Shown: piece by piece, positions 52,647 to 63,484 of the stretch | Position numbering within the stretch: the stretch's first letter is position 1 | How the letters are laid out: every line of letters starts with the position of its first letter | From: Candidatus Heimdallarchaeota archaeon | GTDB lineage: Archaea; Asgardarchaeota; Heimdallarchaeia; Hodarchaeales; Hodarchaeaceae | Assembly (NCBI GenBank): GCA_011364965.1 | Contig: RDOB01000003.1 | Location: forward strand, 400,939 to 464,938 | DNA length: 64,000 nt | Reading direction: 5' to 3' | Position numbers and translations under genes: made by a program | The notes under the pieces: model-generated | The model's input: only the letters and a program-made list of their open reading frames with translations | Database searches by the model: none | What the model was told of the DNA's origin: nothing

Positions 52647-53255
52647 ATGTTATCGCAAATGAACATCATGGGATTTCTTATGAATAAAAAATTAGGTGAG
52701 ATAGAACCATTTTCTAAAAAAAGATTGGATCCACTTGAAATTTTGATAATATACGGGCCAGGAATATTTATTATCTTGCTTGCTTGGTTTTATTTTGAGT
52801 TCCTCGGCTATCCTCTTGTCACAACAGCAAAAGAAACCCTAACTTCAGTAGCTCCTGCTATTTATATGCTACCAGCTTTCTTCCCTTTTGGAATACTTAT
52901 TGGAGAGGAAATTTGGTATTTTTTTCAATTTAAAGATTTTAATCGCGTTATTATTAAATCTGGGGGATTATTAATTCTTGCTTTTATGTCAGGAGTACGT
53001 CTTATTTTTCAAATACCAATCAGTGGACATTCTCTTATCTTAAGCTATTTTATTTTACAAGAAGTAATCACAAATCAAGCTAAATACATCTTTAGATTAA
53101 TGATTGGAATCATAGTCTTATGTATAACCCTATATTATAAGATAATGCTATGGAAAGATCCTATCACTTTATTTTTAGGACTCATTGGAGGAGTTTTAAT
53201 ATGGGGGATCATTAAATTTCTAAACAATAGGATTAATACTAAAATTAATCTTTAA
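52647..53255 (+). CDS. Hypothetical membrane protein
   Basis: About 6 TM helices with a PISGH motif. Confidence 0.65.
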   Translation: MLSQMNIMGFLMNKKLGEIEPFSKKRLDPLEILIIYGPGIFIILLAWFYFEFLGYPLVTTAKETLTSVAPAIYMLPAFFPFGILIGEEIWYFFQFKDFNRVIIKSGGLLILAFMSGVRLIFQIPISGHSLILSYFILQEVITNQAKYIFRLMIGIIVLCITLYYKIMLWKDPITLFLGLIGGVLIWGIIKFLNNRINTKINL

Positions 53256-53456
53256 AATTCATTATACAGGCAAATTTTAATTAATTTCACAATTCTAAAC
53301 ATTTAAGGAGCTCTTGTAAAAAATAAAACACGAATATTTCTACTTTTATGATTATTCGTTTCAATTTTACTTATAATAGAGATTCTGGGATAAGCTATTT
53401 TATAAACTCGCTAAAATAATTATAATTTAGCTTTTTGATCAAGGGACGCATTTATC

Positions 53457-55694
53457 ATGGATAAAAGCAAAGTTGCATTTTGGGGATTAGTTATTATCAT
53501 AATAGGAATAACAGGAGGATTAATTTTGCCTGTGCTTCCTTCCTTGGCAAAAATGAGTTCTAACGATCTGGAAATTAAATATTCTCTAGTAATAAATCGT
53601 ATAACTGGGAAAGAGCTATATTCTGATTTATATGATACATTTGAATCTCATTATTGGCCTTTGATAGCCCCTACTGATATAACAGTATCAAATTATGCAG
53701 CCCCTTTCACTTTTAATTCAACAAACGGTATAAACACCACTGATAATTTATATTATGGTAATGCTTATCGCGGAAAGAAATTAATTGGAGAAAATCGGAA
53801 AACATTCCTTATACTCAGTCAATCTGTCTTTGAATCAGAGGAAACGCTCAATGAGAGTATATATTCGTTATATGAGAATTTCTCTTGGTCTTATAGTGTC
53901 TATGTAGAGCACACTGACGATGAACATGGGGTGGATCGGCTAATCCTTTCTTTTCGCTCAATTATTGATCCAGTAGATAGCCAAGTTTGGTCAGGATGGT
54001 TTATTTGGACATACAACTCAGAGAGAATAGCTGAACGCTTTGATCTGATAGTTTGGAGGATTGACGCGACTCTTGTAAATAGCTACGACCCCCTTACAAA
54101 CCCAGATAAATCCAACTTGACAGCATACTATGAGTTTACTTACGAAGTACCTGGCATTATTAATGAATCACTGGCTTTTGTATTTATTTTCATGGGTGGA
54201 GTATGTTCGATTTTGATCGCTCCCTTCATTCTAATCGGATTTATTGTAAGAAGGCCCATTAAACAATATGTTACAACAGAGAGGATTCCTCAAACCAATT
54301 TGATACCTCTGATCGAAGGAAGGAGAGGAAATGTAAAATTGATAACTGGAATAGTCATCTTAACGACTTTTTTAGGATTCCAGTTTATCTTCCCATCAAA
54401 CACCGCCACCCTTCTTGTCTCGGTATTATTAAGTGGGTTTTTATGGTTTGGACCTTATCTTGTTCTAAGATCAATCATCGAATTGAGAAATAAGGCCTCA
54501 GTTAGAATTTTACCAATTGGTTTAATAATTATTATTTCAATTGTTATTGGATACATTAACCTTCAAAATCTTCAAGCAGGAATTGGATTATATATTAATC
54601 CTAATATGTTTGAAAGTGTGATATTTGTTTCTTCATTATTTTATGGAACAACATTTGGTGCATTAACAGCTTTTCTGTTAATCTATGAAGCATTTTACAT
54701 AAGCAATTGGAATTATGATCCAAATGATAGATCTTTCATAATTGAACGCAATCATCCATTTTCTAAGGCAAAAGAAAGTATAAATATTGATAATTTAGCT
54801 GAAATCACGATTAATATCGAAAACAGACGTTCTAGATATAGTACATACAAAGTAGCGATACTGAGATTAGTAGGAAAACCTGAATATAAATCGAAACAAC
54901 AGTCATGGCAATTGACCAATTCAACCTCGTATCAACAGTTATTTAATACAATTGAAACATTAAAGAATTATAAGTTGATATCTGATTATTCATTAGAAAC
55001 TACTACTAAGCAAACAGAATATTTAGACTCTCAAATTGCAGACAAAGAACGATGGATGAAGTTGGAAGAAAAATATCCCGAGTTAAAGAAACAAAGGCCG
55101 AACTTAATCATTTTAGAAGAACAGATGAAGACTTTTGGAATAAACATTGAACATAAGGTAGGAGGAGACATTTCTTTATTTATTGCTGGATATAAACACC
55201 ATAATCAGAAATCTCTTGTTATAAATTTCGTGTTATTTGCTGCAATAACTGTCATTCTTTTAATTTCCCCTATTCTCCCTATTCGTCTAGCTCTTCAAAG
55301 GGCATTTATAAATGCAATGGAACCCATAATATTCTTTGGAATCACTATGTTTGTGTTGGGATGTTTTTCATTATATAAATGTACTGAGATCTTACAACAA
55401 ATAATGAGAACCAGAAGCCAGACTTCTGTTTTTATAGAACTCACATCAGACTCACTTAGTTTACATTTTAATAGCTTAGATGAAAGAAAAGCGGAAAAAT
55501 ATCAATTATTTTTGCTCTGTGACCTTGATGTACGACGAAATCATTTCTCAGGAGTTAAAATCAGTCTGAGTAAAGAATACAGCTTTTTACCATTATTGTA
55601 TTTTAATGACCGAGAATTTGCCAAAATTATATCTGATTATATTTCGTATTATGCATATCAGTCCTTCATAACCACCAAAAGCAATGAGATCTAA
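53457..55694 (+). CDS. Large multi-pass membrane protein with extracellular N-terminal domain
   Basis: Signal/TM helix, ~200-aa soluble domain with NxS/T sites, TM clusters, and beta-rich cytoplasmic segments (bacterial-PH-like by eye). Confidence 0.65.
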   Translation: MDKSKVAFWGLVIIIIGITGGLILPVLPSLAKMSSNDLEIKYSLVINRITGKELYSDLYDTFESHYWPLIAPTDITVSNYAAPFTFNSTNGINTTDNLYYGNAYRGKKLIGENRKTFLILSQSVFESEETLNESIYSLYENFSWSYSVYVEHTDDEHGVDRLILSFRSIIDPVDSQVWSGWFIWTYNSERIAERFDLIVWRIDATLVNSYDPLTNPDKSNLTAYYEFTYEVPGIINESLAFVFIFMGGVCSILIAPFILIGFIVRRPIKQYVTTERIPQTNLIPLIEGRRGNVKLITGIVILTTFLGFQFIFPSNTATLLVSVLLSGFLWFGPYLVLRSIIELRNKASVRILPIGLIIIISIVIGYINLQNLQAGIGLYINPNMFESVIFVSSLFYGTTFGALTAFLLIYEAFYISNWNYDPNDRSFIIERNHPFSKAKESINIDNLAEITINIENRRSRYSTYKVAILRLVGKPEYKSKQQSWQLTNSTSYQQLFNTIETLKNYKLISDYSLETTTKQTEYLDSQIADKERWMKLEEKYPELKKQRPNLIILEEQMKTFGINIEHKVGGDISLFIAGYKHHNQKSLVINFVLFAAITVILLISPILPIRLALQRAFINAMEPIIFFGITMFVLGCFSLYKCTEILQQIMRTRSQTSVFIELTSDSLSLHFNSLDERKAEKYQLFLLCDLDVRRNHFSGVKISLSKEYSFLPLLYFNDREFAKIISDYISYYAYQSFITTKSNEI

Positions 55695-55812
55695 TATGTG
55701 ATATAATTACTTATGCAATTATGAAATTTTGATAGTAATGAACTGTAATTGAATGTTGTTAAAAAAATTAGGGGAGAAAGGAGAAGCAAAGCAGATTTTC
55801 TACCTTCGCTCC

Positions 55813-56520
55813 TCACAAATGAACGGATTCATTCCCATCAGATTCCCGGTGGTCCGGTGAGGCTCCGTGTTTGAAGAAGAAAGTCATTAGTTGTGGAAAC
55901 TGTCTGAGAATGAGTAGAAAGAATACAAACGCAACAAGTAATACCATAGGATGAGTAAAATTAAATTCAAGAGCTGAATCATTCCAACGAACATACCATT
56001 GATTGCGGTTGCAGCTCTGTAATATGTTGAATGCAGCTCCTGATGGAAGATAAGTCACAACCCATGCATGATTATTGTTAAGCACCACATAACTGAGATG
56101 ACCACGATAAAGGAGTAAAGAGCAAGCCACAAAAGCACGGCCATCGCAATCATCGCCATAAGTAAGAGCTTGTTCAATAGTCGGAAAATGTTCAAAGGAA
56201 GGATGAGCAGGATTCTTTATATCTTTGAGATAAGGAACGCGATTAACAATAAATCGTTCAAGGGCATTGAATTCAGCTTTTACAAATTCATCCCAGGGAA
56301 CGCCACGTTTGGTTAATGAAGCTTGAAAAGGAGCAAAATCTGATTCAAAATCTTCATTTAATTCACCAATTAAAGGATTATATGGCTGAACAGTCATAGT
56401 AGGATTCAATTTATAAAAAAATTGGGTAGGCCATTCAGAAACATCAGAACAACCACCAGATAGCACCAAACAAACAGTTAAACACATAAACACTTTAAAC
56501 AACACAAATTTTCTCTTCAA
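55813..56520 (-). CDS. Exported transglutaminase-like (Cys-His) protein
   Basis: Signal peptide ending LSGGC, GDDCDGRA, HAWV and a C-terminal TM helix. Confidence 0.6.
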   Translation of the reverse strand: MKRKFVLFKVFMCLTVCLVLSGGCSDVSEWPTQFFYKLNPTMTVQPYNPLIGELNEDFESDFAPFQASLTKRGVPWDEFVKAEFNALERFIVNRVPYLKDIKNPAHPSFEHFPTIEQALTYGDDCDGRAFVACSLLLYRGHLSYVVLNNNHAWVVTYLPSGAAFNILQSCNRNQWYVRWNDSALEFNFTHPMVLLVAFVFFLLILRQFPQLMTFFFKHGASPDHRESDGNESVHL

Positions 56521-56599
56521 ACATGAACCTTCTCCCCCCGAGTATCTTTCCCCCCGAATCGTTCATATACATAATTAGTAAAACATACATATAAAAATG

Positions 56600-56717
56600 T
56601 TTTGTTTACCAAAAGAGTATATTTAAATAAAGAAACAATACCTATTAAGAAGCTAAGATTTCACATTCAATTCCCTAAAAATATAGAAAAACTATGAAAA
56701 ACTTTGTTTACAACAAA
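56600..56717. promoter_or_regulatory. Two related TTTGTTTAC palindromic boxes in divergent promoter
   Basis: TTTTGTTTACCAAAA (56600-56614) and TTTGTT-TAC-AACAAA (56703-56717). Confidence 0.4.
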
Positions 56718-56813
56718 TTATCAATAGGGGGTTCAGGGACGGGTCTTAGCAACATCTAGTTCTTCTTCTTAATACAGAACTTTTTTAAGATTAATTTACT
56801 TTTTTTGTAAATA

Positions 56814-57473
56814 ATGTCTACTTCCCTGAAACCCCTCTGTCAGATCGCCACAGTTGGCCGCAATCCTGAATGGATCAAAATTGGTCTTTTTCGTTATCCA
56901 ACAAAAAAATTAGTACTTATTACGACCAAGGATTACTATTCAAAGGCTGAGGAGGTCAAAGATATTGCTATAGGGATTGATGTCGAAATTAAGGTGATAG
57001 AAAAACCTCGTGACTCCAACTATATTGTATTATTCCTTAAAGATCTTATTAATCACTACCACAAAAAATATGACATTCGTCTCAATGTTACATCAGGCCT
57101 TGTTAGCTGGCAATTACTTTTTTATAATACGGCTACTATTCTGCAAGATAAGCTCAAAAGCTTTTATATCATTGATAAGGAAGAGAAAGAACCTCTAGAA
57201 TTACTGCTTTATAGTCCTTTAACCAAAACTCAGAAGAAAATTCTAATGATTATCCCTCTAGAACAGACTGATTTACAAACTATTACCAATCGCTATCAAA
57301 TTGTTCAAAAAAAGGCAGGTAAAGAAGAAGATCAAGGTACCAAAGGCTTACTATCTCGCTATATTAAACAACTTATAAATGAAGGGTTAGTCGAGTTTTA
57401 TGGAACTGGTAAGAATAAGAAATTTGGTCTTTCCAAAAAAGGCCAGTTACTTCAATTATTACTAAAAGAATGA
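56814..57473 (+). CDS. CARF-like (Csa3/DUF6293-type) + winged-helix regulator
   Basis: IATVG...KKLVLI...IRLNVTSG Rossmann-like CARF pattern, then LTKTQKKIL...LSRYIKQLINEGLVE...LSKKG wHTH. Confidence 0.75.
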   Translation: MSTSLKPLCQIATVGRNPEWIKIGLFRYPTKKLVLITTKDYYSKAEEVKDIAIGIDVEIKVIEKPRDSNYIVLFLKDLINHYHKKYDIRLNVTSGLVSWQLLFYNTATILQDKLKSFYIIDKEEKEPLELLLYSPLTKTQKKILMIIPLEQTDLQTITNRYQIVQKKAGKEEDQGTKGLLSRYIKQLINEGLVEFYGTGKNKKFGLSKKGQLLQLLLKE

Positions 57474-60164
57474 AGTTAAAAATATAATTTCCATTAGTGC
57501 AACAATCTGTTTTGATTTTAATCCAAAGAAAAGCTCCGCTCTAATATTTTCAGAGAAAGCGTAATTGCTTAGCAATTGATATATTTTCGTAGGTTCCTTG
57601 GAGAAAATTTGAAGCTCATTTTGGATGTCAACCTTCTCAGGATCCAAAATACGTAAGTATACTCCCTTTCGTAAGTTATTCAATTCATTTTTCCGTAGAT
57701 ATCGTTCCATTATCGGTATAAGTATGTTTAGGTTTTCCTCTATTTCTAGACCCTTTTCAACCAACTCAGGGAGTCTTGAATCTATATATTGTTTGATATC
57801 AATGGGAATATTTAATCTAGGAAGCAATTTTTTACATATCGAAAGTTGATTTGAAGATTTATCAGACAAATTCCGATCTTGATTCCGTAAAGTGATTAAA
57901 ATATTATCTCGGGGAGTTACATCTGGGATGTTGACTTTTAATGTTTTTTGAGTAGAATCATATTTTGATTGTCCAATTATCTCTTCATTATTCAGAAAAA
58001 TAGATATTTTTGGAATCTCGTTAAAATTTCTAAATACTAAACGGTAATTCCTTTGGTTGGGCATAAATTTATCTAGAATTACTTTGTTACCACTTGGGAG
58101 AGGAGTGATGGAAAATTCTAACTGCGTTATTTGCCACTTAAGAGTCATCTCAGTGATTAAAAATTGATTATTGATGAAAGCGTTTGTTTCTCCATCATCT
58201 TCAAATAAGTAAAAGGAATTTGAGTCTCCAGGAAAAATAATTATCTCAAGTGAAGAAGGAGATTTCACACAATTGAGATCTTTCTTCTCATCAATTACAG
58301 CTAAAGGAACAATCGCTCCTGCTTTAGCAAACACAGGAATTTCCTCAAGTCCATAATAGAGAGCATATGTTTTTCCTCCCTCAAGAAAATCCCCTGTGAA
58401 AAAATTATACCATTTACCTTGTGGAAGCCAGATTTCTACCCTAGCTAATCCTACTTCACTATCTATTGGGGCAGTTATAGGACAACACAATAGTTCAGAC
58501 CCAAAAAAATACTGATTAGGTTGCTGATATGCTATACATTCATCTGGATAAAGATAATACAAAGGTTGGATTAGAGGGACAGATTGAGTATGAGTTTTCC
58601 ACGCGAAGGAATATAAATAAGGGATCAATGCATGTCGCAATTTCATGGCCTGTTTAACAATAATAAATACCTCATCACCGTATTTCCATGGCAATCTTTC
58701 AATATAGACGTGCTTTGTGGCGTGTAATCGAAATATTGGACTGAATACTCCCAATTGAACCCATCGAGTAAATAACTCAGCTGACATAATACCCCCCATA
58801 TGCCCTCCAATGTCGTTACTCCACCAAGGATAACACACGTTACTAGCTGTGGCATTAAAATAGGGTTGAAAAGCAAGACTCTCCCATGTGATGTAAGTAT
58901 CGCCAGAAAATCCAATTTGGTACCTATGGTTTCCCAAACCTCCGTATCGTGAGAATATAAATGGTCTTGAGTCCTTCCCTCTTGCTAAATTATAAAAATG
59001 TAAATGATTTAACCACCAAAGGGGATCTAGACCCTCAATGGCTGTTTTGGATCCTTGTTGCCAGTCTAGCCACCAGAAATCAATACCTTCCTCTTCATAA
59101 GGATGGAGGATAAGATCAAAGTATGCAGAAATAAAATTAATATCAGTGCAATCAAATGGAATTAAATCTTTTTTTTCAGCATCTAAACCTAAACGCAGAG
59201 CAATGTCGGGGTAAACAGCTTCATGAGCTGCTATTCCCTGGGCAGGATGGAGATTTAAAGCAACTTTTAATTGTTTGGAATGTAATTTCTTTAGCAATGT
59301 ACGATAATCAGGGAAAAGATCTTTGTTCCAAGTAAAACCTGTCCATCCTGAATGAAATTCAACACCTTCCCAATTCTCTGTTGTATGTCTTCTGAGATAT
59401 TCCCGAATATTTACGATGTGCCAATCCATATCAATGATACACACAGATAGAGGAATTTTTTTTTCTTGGAATTTCATCATTAACTGGATTATATCCTTTT
59501 GTGAATAGGCCCAATAACGACTCCACCAGTTTCCCAAAGCCCAGCGGGGAATCAAGGGGATGTTTCCAGCTAATTTGGTATATTCTTTTAAGCAAGAGGA
59601 ATAGTCTCGTCCATAACCAAAAAAGTAAAGGTCTTTATAATCCTCTAATTTTTTACGGGGTTCTAATACTGATTTACTGTTAAAGATCAGGGTATTTGTA
59701 TCATCAATAAGACACCATCCCGATTTAGACAATAAACCATCATTTAATTCCGTTGCACCATCTACTTGATCGAGTGTTCTTGCTGTTCCCTTCAAATTAT
59801 CATGATCATCATCTCCGTAATGCCAAATAATGGGAGTGTTTATCAATTCAATGGATAATGACCATCCAGTAAATTTTCCAGCATCGTAAATATAGCGAAG
59901 GTGAAGATAATCAGTAACAATTTCTAAAAGAGAATTTTCTTTAATTACTTCGAAAATAGGCGTTTCTTGATTCCTATACCAAAATATTTGACTTGGACGA
60001 TCCTCAAATTCATTCCTTGAACTAAATTCCATTCTGATGACTCTTGAAGTGAGTACTGTAAATCTTGTATTTTGAGAAAAGACCATTGACTTAGGATTGG
60101 CTTGAGCATCAAATTTTAGCCCATTAGTGAAGGAGAAAGAGCACATACCAAGAAGATAGTTCAA
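57462..60164 (-). CDS. GH31 alpha-glycosidase
   Basis: GNWWSRYW, IIDMDWH, WWLDWQQG nucleophile, FSGDT, DIGG and RLH. Exact start uncertain. Confidence 0.92.
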   Translation of the reverse strand: MNYLLGMCSFSFTNGLKFDAQANPKSMVFSQNTRFTVLTSRVIRMEFSSRNEFEDRPSQIFWYRNQETPIFEVIKENSLLEIVTDYLHLRYIYDAGKFTGWSLSIELINTPIIWHYGDDDHDNLKGTARTLDQVDGATELNDGLLSKSGWCLIDDTNTLIFNSKSVLEPRKKLEDYKDLYFFGYGRDYSSCLKEYTKLAGNIPLIPRWALGNWWSRYWAYSQKDIIQLMMKFQEKKIPLSVCIIDMDWHIVNIREYLRRHTTENWEGVEFHSGWTGFTWNKDLFPDYRTLLKKLHSKQLKVALNLHPAQGIAAHEAVYPDIALRLGLDAEKKDLIPFDCTDINFISAYFDLILHPYEEEGIDFWWLDWQQGSKTAIEGLDPLWWLNHLHFYNLARGKDSRPFIFSRYGGLGNHRYQIGFSGDTYITWESLAFQPYFNATASNVCYPWWSNDIGGHMGGIMSAELFTRWVQLGVFSPIFRLHATKHVYIERLPWKYGDEVFIIVKQAMKLRHALIPYLYSFAWKTHTQSVPLIQPLYYLYPDECIAYQQPNQYFFGSELLCCPITAPIDSEVGLARVEIWLPQGKWYNFFTGDFLEGGKTYALYYGLEEIPVFAKAGAIVPLAVIDEKKDLNCVKSPSSLEIIIFPGDSNSFYLFEDDGETNAFINNQFLITEMTLKWQITQLEFSITPLPSGNKVILDKFMPNQRNYRLVFRNFNEIPKISIFLNNEEIIGQSKYDSTQKTLKVNIPDVTPRDNILITLRNQDRNLSDKSSNQLSICKKLLPRLNIPIDIKQYIDSRLPELVEKGLEIEENLNILIPIMERYLRKNELNNLRKGVYLRILDPEKVDIQNELQIFSKEPTKIYQLLSNYAFSENIRAELFFGLKSKQIVALMEIIFLTSFF

Positions 60165-60300
60165 GTTTTGAAATAGTTTGTGATTTTTTTAGAAAATTCA
60201 ATATATTATTTACGAATTTTTGATATTTGTTACTTCTTTTTTTAAGAATATTAAAAAAGGAAAGAAGGGATGAATATTAAGGTTTTCTCCTAAGCTCGCT

Positions 60301-61989
60301 TCATGATCGCTTTCTTTTCCTGATTATCATGGAGATAACGCTTATTATTATACTACCAAACAAAAATCCAGCCGCTGGTTCTGTCTGATCATCCCAGACG
60401 GTAGTTGTGGTCGTTGATGTATATGGGGGGGGAAGTTGAGAATAAGGAATACACCCAGATAAATTAAGTAAAGCACCAAGATAGATTTCCTCATCTGATT
60501 GAGCTGAGGGTGAACCAATTACGATATTTTGTAAATCACTTAAACCCTGATTGTTATCCGAGTCATTTGCCACGATGTAATACTGTACCTGGGAATTATC
60601 CAGCAAAGAACTAATATTATATTCATAATGATCTTGGTCAAAGACCATTGGAGCGTTTTCCCAGTATAGATTGTCTTTTGTATAAAAAATATTAACGGTG
60701 ACAGGAGACGACGCTCCTGAAAGACTAGCAGTGATCTCTAAGTCATCATCCGCGATTGGTGTGACTGGGATATGAGAGTTGCTGACTGAAATTGCTCCTG
60801 TTAGCTTATATGGGGTAGGGAATTCAAATGAATCAACGAGTATTCCCTCATCTAATCTTTGAGACAAATTTCCTAATCCGTATGCATCAATCCTTATATT
60901 ATCCCAATCTACATGTAGAATCGAATATCCAAAACCATATGCTGCAAAAGCTGGTTTATCTCGATATAAAACTGGTTCTCCCGTTTCAGTATCTATTTGT
61001 CTGGAACTTGGGATATATAATGATGCTCCAGCTCCTGCGACTAATGCTTGAGTAATATTTCTTTCTCCTATTAGGATTCGGTCATATAAATGATCATGGC
61101 TCGTTAAAAACGCAGTTATAGAATTGTTTTCTAATATTTCCCAAAAATCAGTAGCAGTTTCAGGCTCACCAATTAGTTCTGCAAAACCTAAAAGCCCTCT
61201 TGCAGGTTCGTATCGGGAGACATATGGGTAATGACTAATTACAAATTTATAGACTGCATTTGATTTCGCCAAGTCATTTTTTAACCATTCGATCTGTTCA
61301 CCTAGAATTTGATAATTATTTTCTAAAGAATCAAGAATTGTAAAATGACAAAAACCATAGTCAAAGGAATAATAACGTTCATTTCCCCAATGAGCAAAAA
61401 CATCCTCAAAAGTAATATCAGCAACATTTTGGGGATCATCATGGTTACCAATGGCAGCGTATATTGGAATCTCATGCTGAGCGCCATCCCGTACTTTTCG
61501 AAACGCATCCCATTGTGCTTCACGGCGTTCGGGTTTTGCTCCACCATCTGCTTCAATGAGATCTCCTCCTTCAATTATAAAATTAGGTTGATATTTCATC
61601 ATTTCATCAATAATCGTATAGTAAGTTTCTGTTACTTCTATTGCTTGTTGGGGGCCGCGATTATCACCATAAAATCCAAATGAAAAAGCTTGAGGTGAAC
61701 CATCTGTTGGAGCAGTCCGAAAGGTATAATTTCCAGAGTTAAGCAACAAGCTATAGGTATATGAGGTATTAGGGATAAGATTGTTTAATAAAATCTCATG
61801 AATAGTGAAGTTATATGGGAAATTGGGATTTTTCATCTTATACTGGATCACAGCTGATGTTTCATCTACCATGTTGACATTCGGACCCCAAATGGGACAA
61901 ACTAAATCGCTAATTTGAGCAACAGCAGGAAAAAAGATATAAGAAATAGTTAAAGTGAAGAAAAATGCAATAGAGTAACTTTTTTTCAT
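60301..61989 (-). CDS. Secreted purple-acid-phosphatase-like metallophosphoesterase, membrane anchored
   Basis: FN3 (LIPNTSYTY), GD, GGDL, GNHD, SHYP, SHDH, Thr-rich linker, TM helix and RKRKRS. Confidence 0.88.
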   Translation of the reverse strand: MKKSYSIAFFFTLTISYIFFPAVAQISDLVCPIWGPNVNMVDETSAVIQYKMKNPNFPYNFTIHEILLNNLIPNTSYTYSLLLNSGNYTFRTAPTDGSPQAFSFGFYGDNRGPQQAIEVTETYYTIIDEMMKYQPNFIIEGGDLIEADGGAKPERREAQWDAFRKVRDGAQHEIPIYAAIGNHDDPQNVADITFEDVFAHWGNERYYSFDYGFCHFTILDSLENNYQILGEQIEWLKNDLAKSNAVYKFVISHYPYVSRYEPARGLLGFAELIGEPETATDFWEILENNSITAFLTSHDHLYDRILIGERNITQALVAGAGASLYIPSSRQIDTETGEPVLYRDKPAFAAYGFGYSILHVDWDNIRIDAYGLGNLSQRLDEGILVDSFEFPTPYKLTGAISVSNSHIPVTPIADDDLEITASLSGASSPVTVNIFYTKDNLYWENAPMVFDQDHYEYNISSLLDNSQVQYYIVANDSDNNQGLSDLQNIVIGSPSAQSDEEIYLGALLNLSGCIPYSQLPPPYTSTTTTTVWDDQTEPAAGFLFGSIIISVISMIIRKRKRS

Positions 61990-62050
61990 AATAATGACAC
62001 CTAGGATTTTTTATGGACTGATAATCATGATAAAAATTCTTTGAAAATGA

Positions 62051-63451
62051 TCAGTGTTTTCTATTTTTTAACTTTATTTGTAGGATATCAAAATCCGAAG
62101 ATAAAGGACTTTCTGATTTTAAATGACGAGAGAAGTATAATCTGATCGGTTCAAAGAGCGATCCACTTATCACGGGGTCATTTACACGAGTGAGGAATAG
62201 TGCAGAAATTAAAATCATTAGTGATCGGCCTATAAAACTAATAGTGATATTCTGACTTAACTGTATTGCGAAGCCCCCCAGAAGAGGACCTATAAATACA
62301 ATTACTCCAATTAGAGTATTATATATAGCTATTAGCTCCACGCGATACTTGGGATGGACAATATCTAGAATAAAAATTGACATGGTAATATTAAATAATC
62401 CTTCACCTACTCCAATGATAATCCATGCAAATAAAAAACAAATAAATGCAGAGATCGAAAAATAAAATGGTATTACAATCAAGCTACTTGCTAAAGCTAT
62501 TAGAACTAAACTAATGAAAATTATCAATCGTCTCCCCAGTTTTTCAATTATTTGAAAACAACTTACGGTAAAAGATGTAAGAATCTGTATTGAAATTGTT
62601 AAGCTCGTCAAAAGAGAAGCAGTGAAATAAGAAAATCCATAATATTGAATTTCAAGTATAATATAATAAGGAGCAGCAAAAGAGACAGCAAAGTAAAAAA
62701 TCAACGCAAATAATAGTAGTCTCTTGAAATTAGGATAGGCAATGAGATATTTTGAAAAATTTACTGAACCAGAGATTTTTCTGGAGCTAGTTTCTTCTAA
62801 AGATATATTCGATGATATGATTGAAAGAGAAGGAACTGAATAATAAAAGAACATTGAAGCTATTCCTCCCAAAAGTGCAGCCCAGCAAAATAATGCAAAA
62901 AAGGCAATTTCAGCTGACAAATTACTATAGTCAGTAATAATACTGAAAAACAAGCCTCCTAGTAAGGTTCCACTCATTGATCCTATTATCCCGATACGAT
63001 AGAATTTATTCAACCTTTGGGGACGGTCTTGTTGTGGAATATGATCAGCTAATAAGGAACTATGATTGGGAATTGTTGATGCTTGAAAAAATGATTGGAT
63101 TATACGAATTATGAAAAGAAATATTAATCGTCCCTGTTGAATGAAAAAAAGGATTGTATAGGGAAGATAAAGTATCGCATGGATTAATCTCCCTAAAACA
63201 ACAAAAATCTTACTTTTGTGAAAATGAGCTGCTACACGAGCCCAAAATAACTGTGAAATATTAACTAGAGACATAATTCCAACTAAAAAACCCGTTTGAG
63301 TTATTGAAGCTCCCATTGATGATATAAAAATTGGAAAAAATCCTTCTATAGATGAGGTATAACTAGAAGAAAGAAATTGATAAATAGACCAACCAGTAAA
63401 TTTAGGTGATTTTTTAGAAGATCCAAGGGATTTAGTTGTTATTTTTATCAC
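62051..63451 (-). CDS. MFS transporter
   Basis: About 12 TM helices, EKLGRR motif A and GPLLGG. Confidence 0.85.
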   Translation of the reverse strand: MIKITTKSLGSSKKSPKFTGWSIYQFLSSSYTSSIEGFFPIFISSMGASITQTGFLVGIMSLVNISQLFWARVAAHFHKSKIFVVLGRLIHAILYLPYTILFFIQQGRLIFLFIIRIIQSFFQASTIPNHSSLLADHIPQQDRPQRLNKFYRIGIIGSMSGTLLGGLFFSIITDYSNLSAEIAFFALFCWAALLGGIASMFFYYSVPSLSIISSNISLEETSSRKISGSVNFSKYLIAYPNFKRLLLFALIFYFAVSFAAPYYIILEIQYYGFSYFTASLLTSLTISIQILTSFTVSCFQIIEKLGRRLIIFISLVLIALASSLIVIPFYFSISAFICFLFAWIIIGVGEGLFNITMSIFILDIVHPKYRVELIAIYNTLIGVIVFIGPLLGGFAIQLSQNITISFIGRSLMILISALFLTRVNDPVISGSLFEPIRLYFSRHLKSESPLSSDFDILQIKLKNRKH

Positions 63452-63484
63452 CTTAGAGTATTCAAAAACAATGCGCGTTTTTAA

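Noticed and set aside
56520-57473. CRISPR-Cas locus implied by the Csa3-like gene
   Set aside because: No repeat-spacer array or cas genes were seen anywhere in the window.
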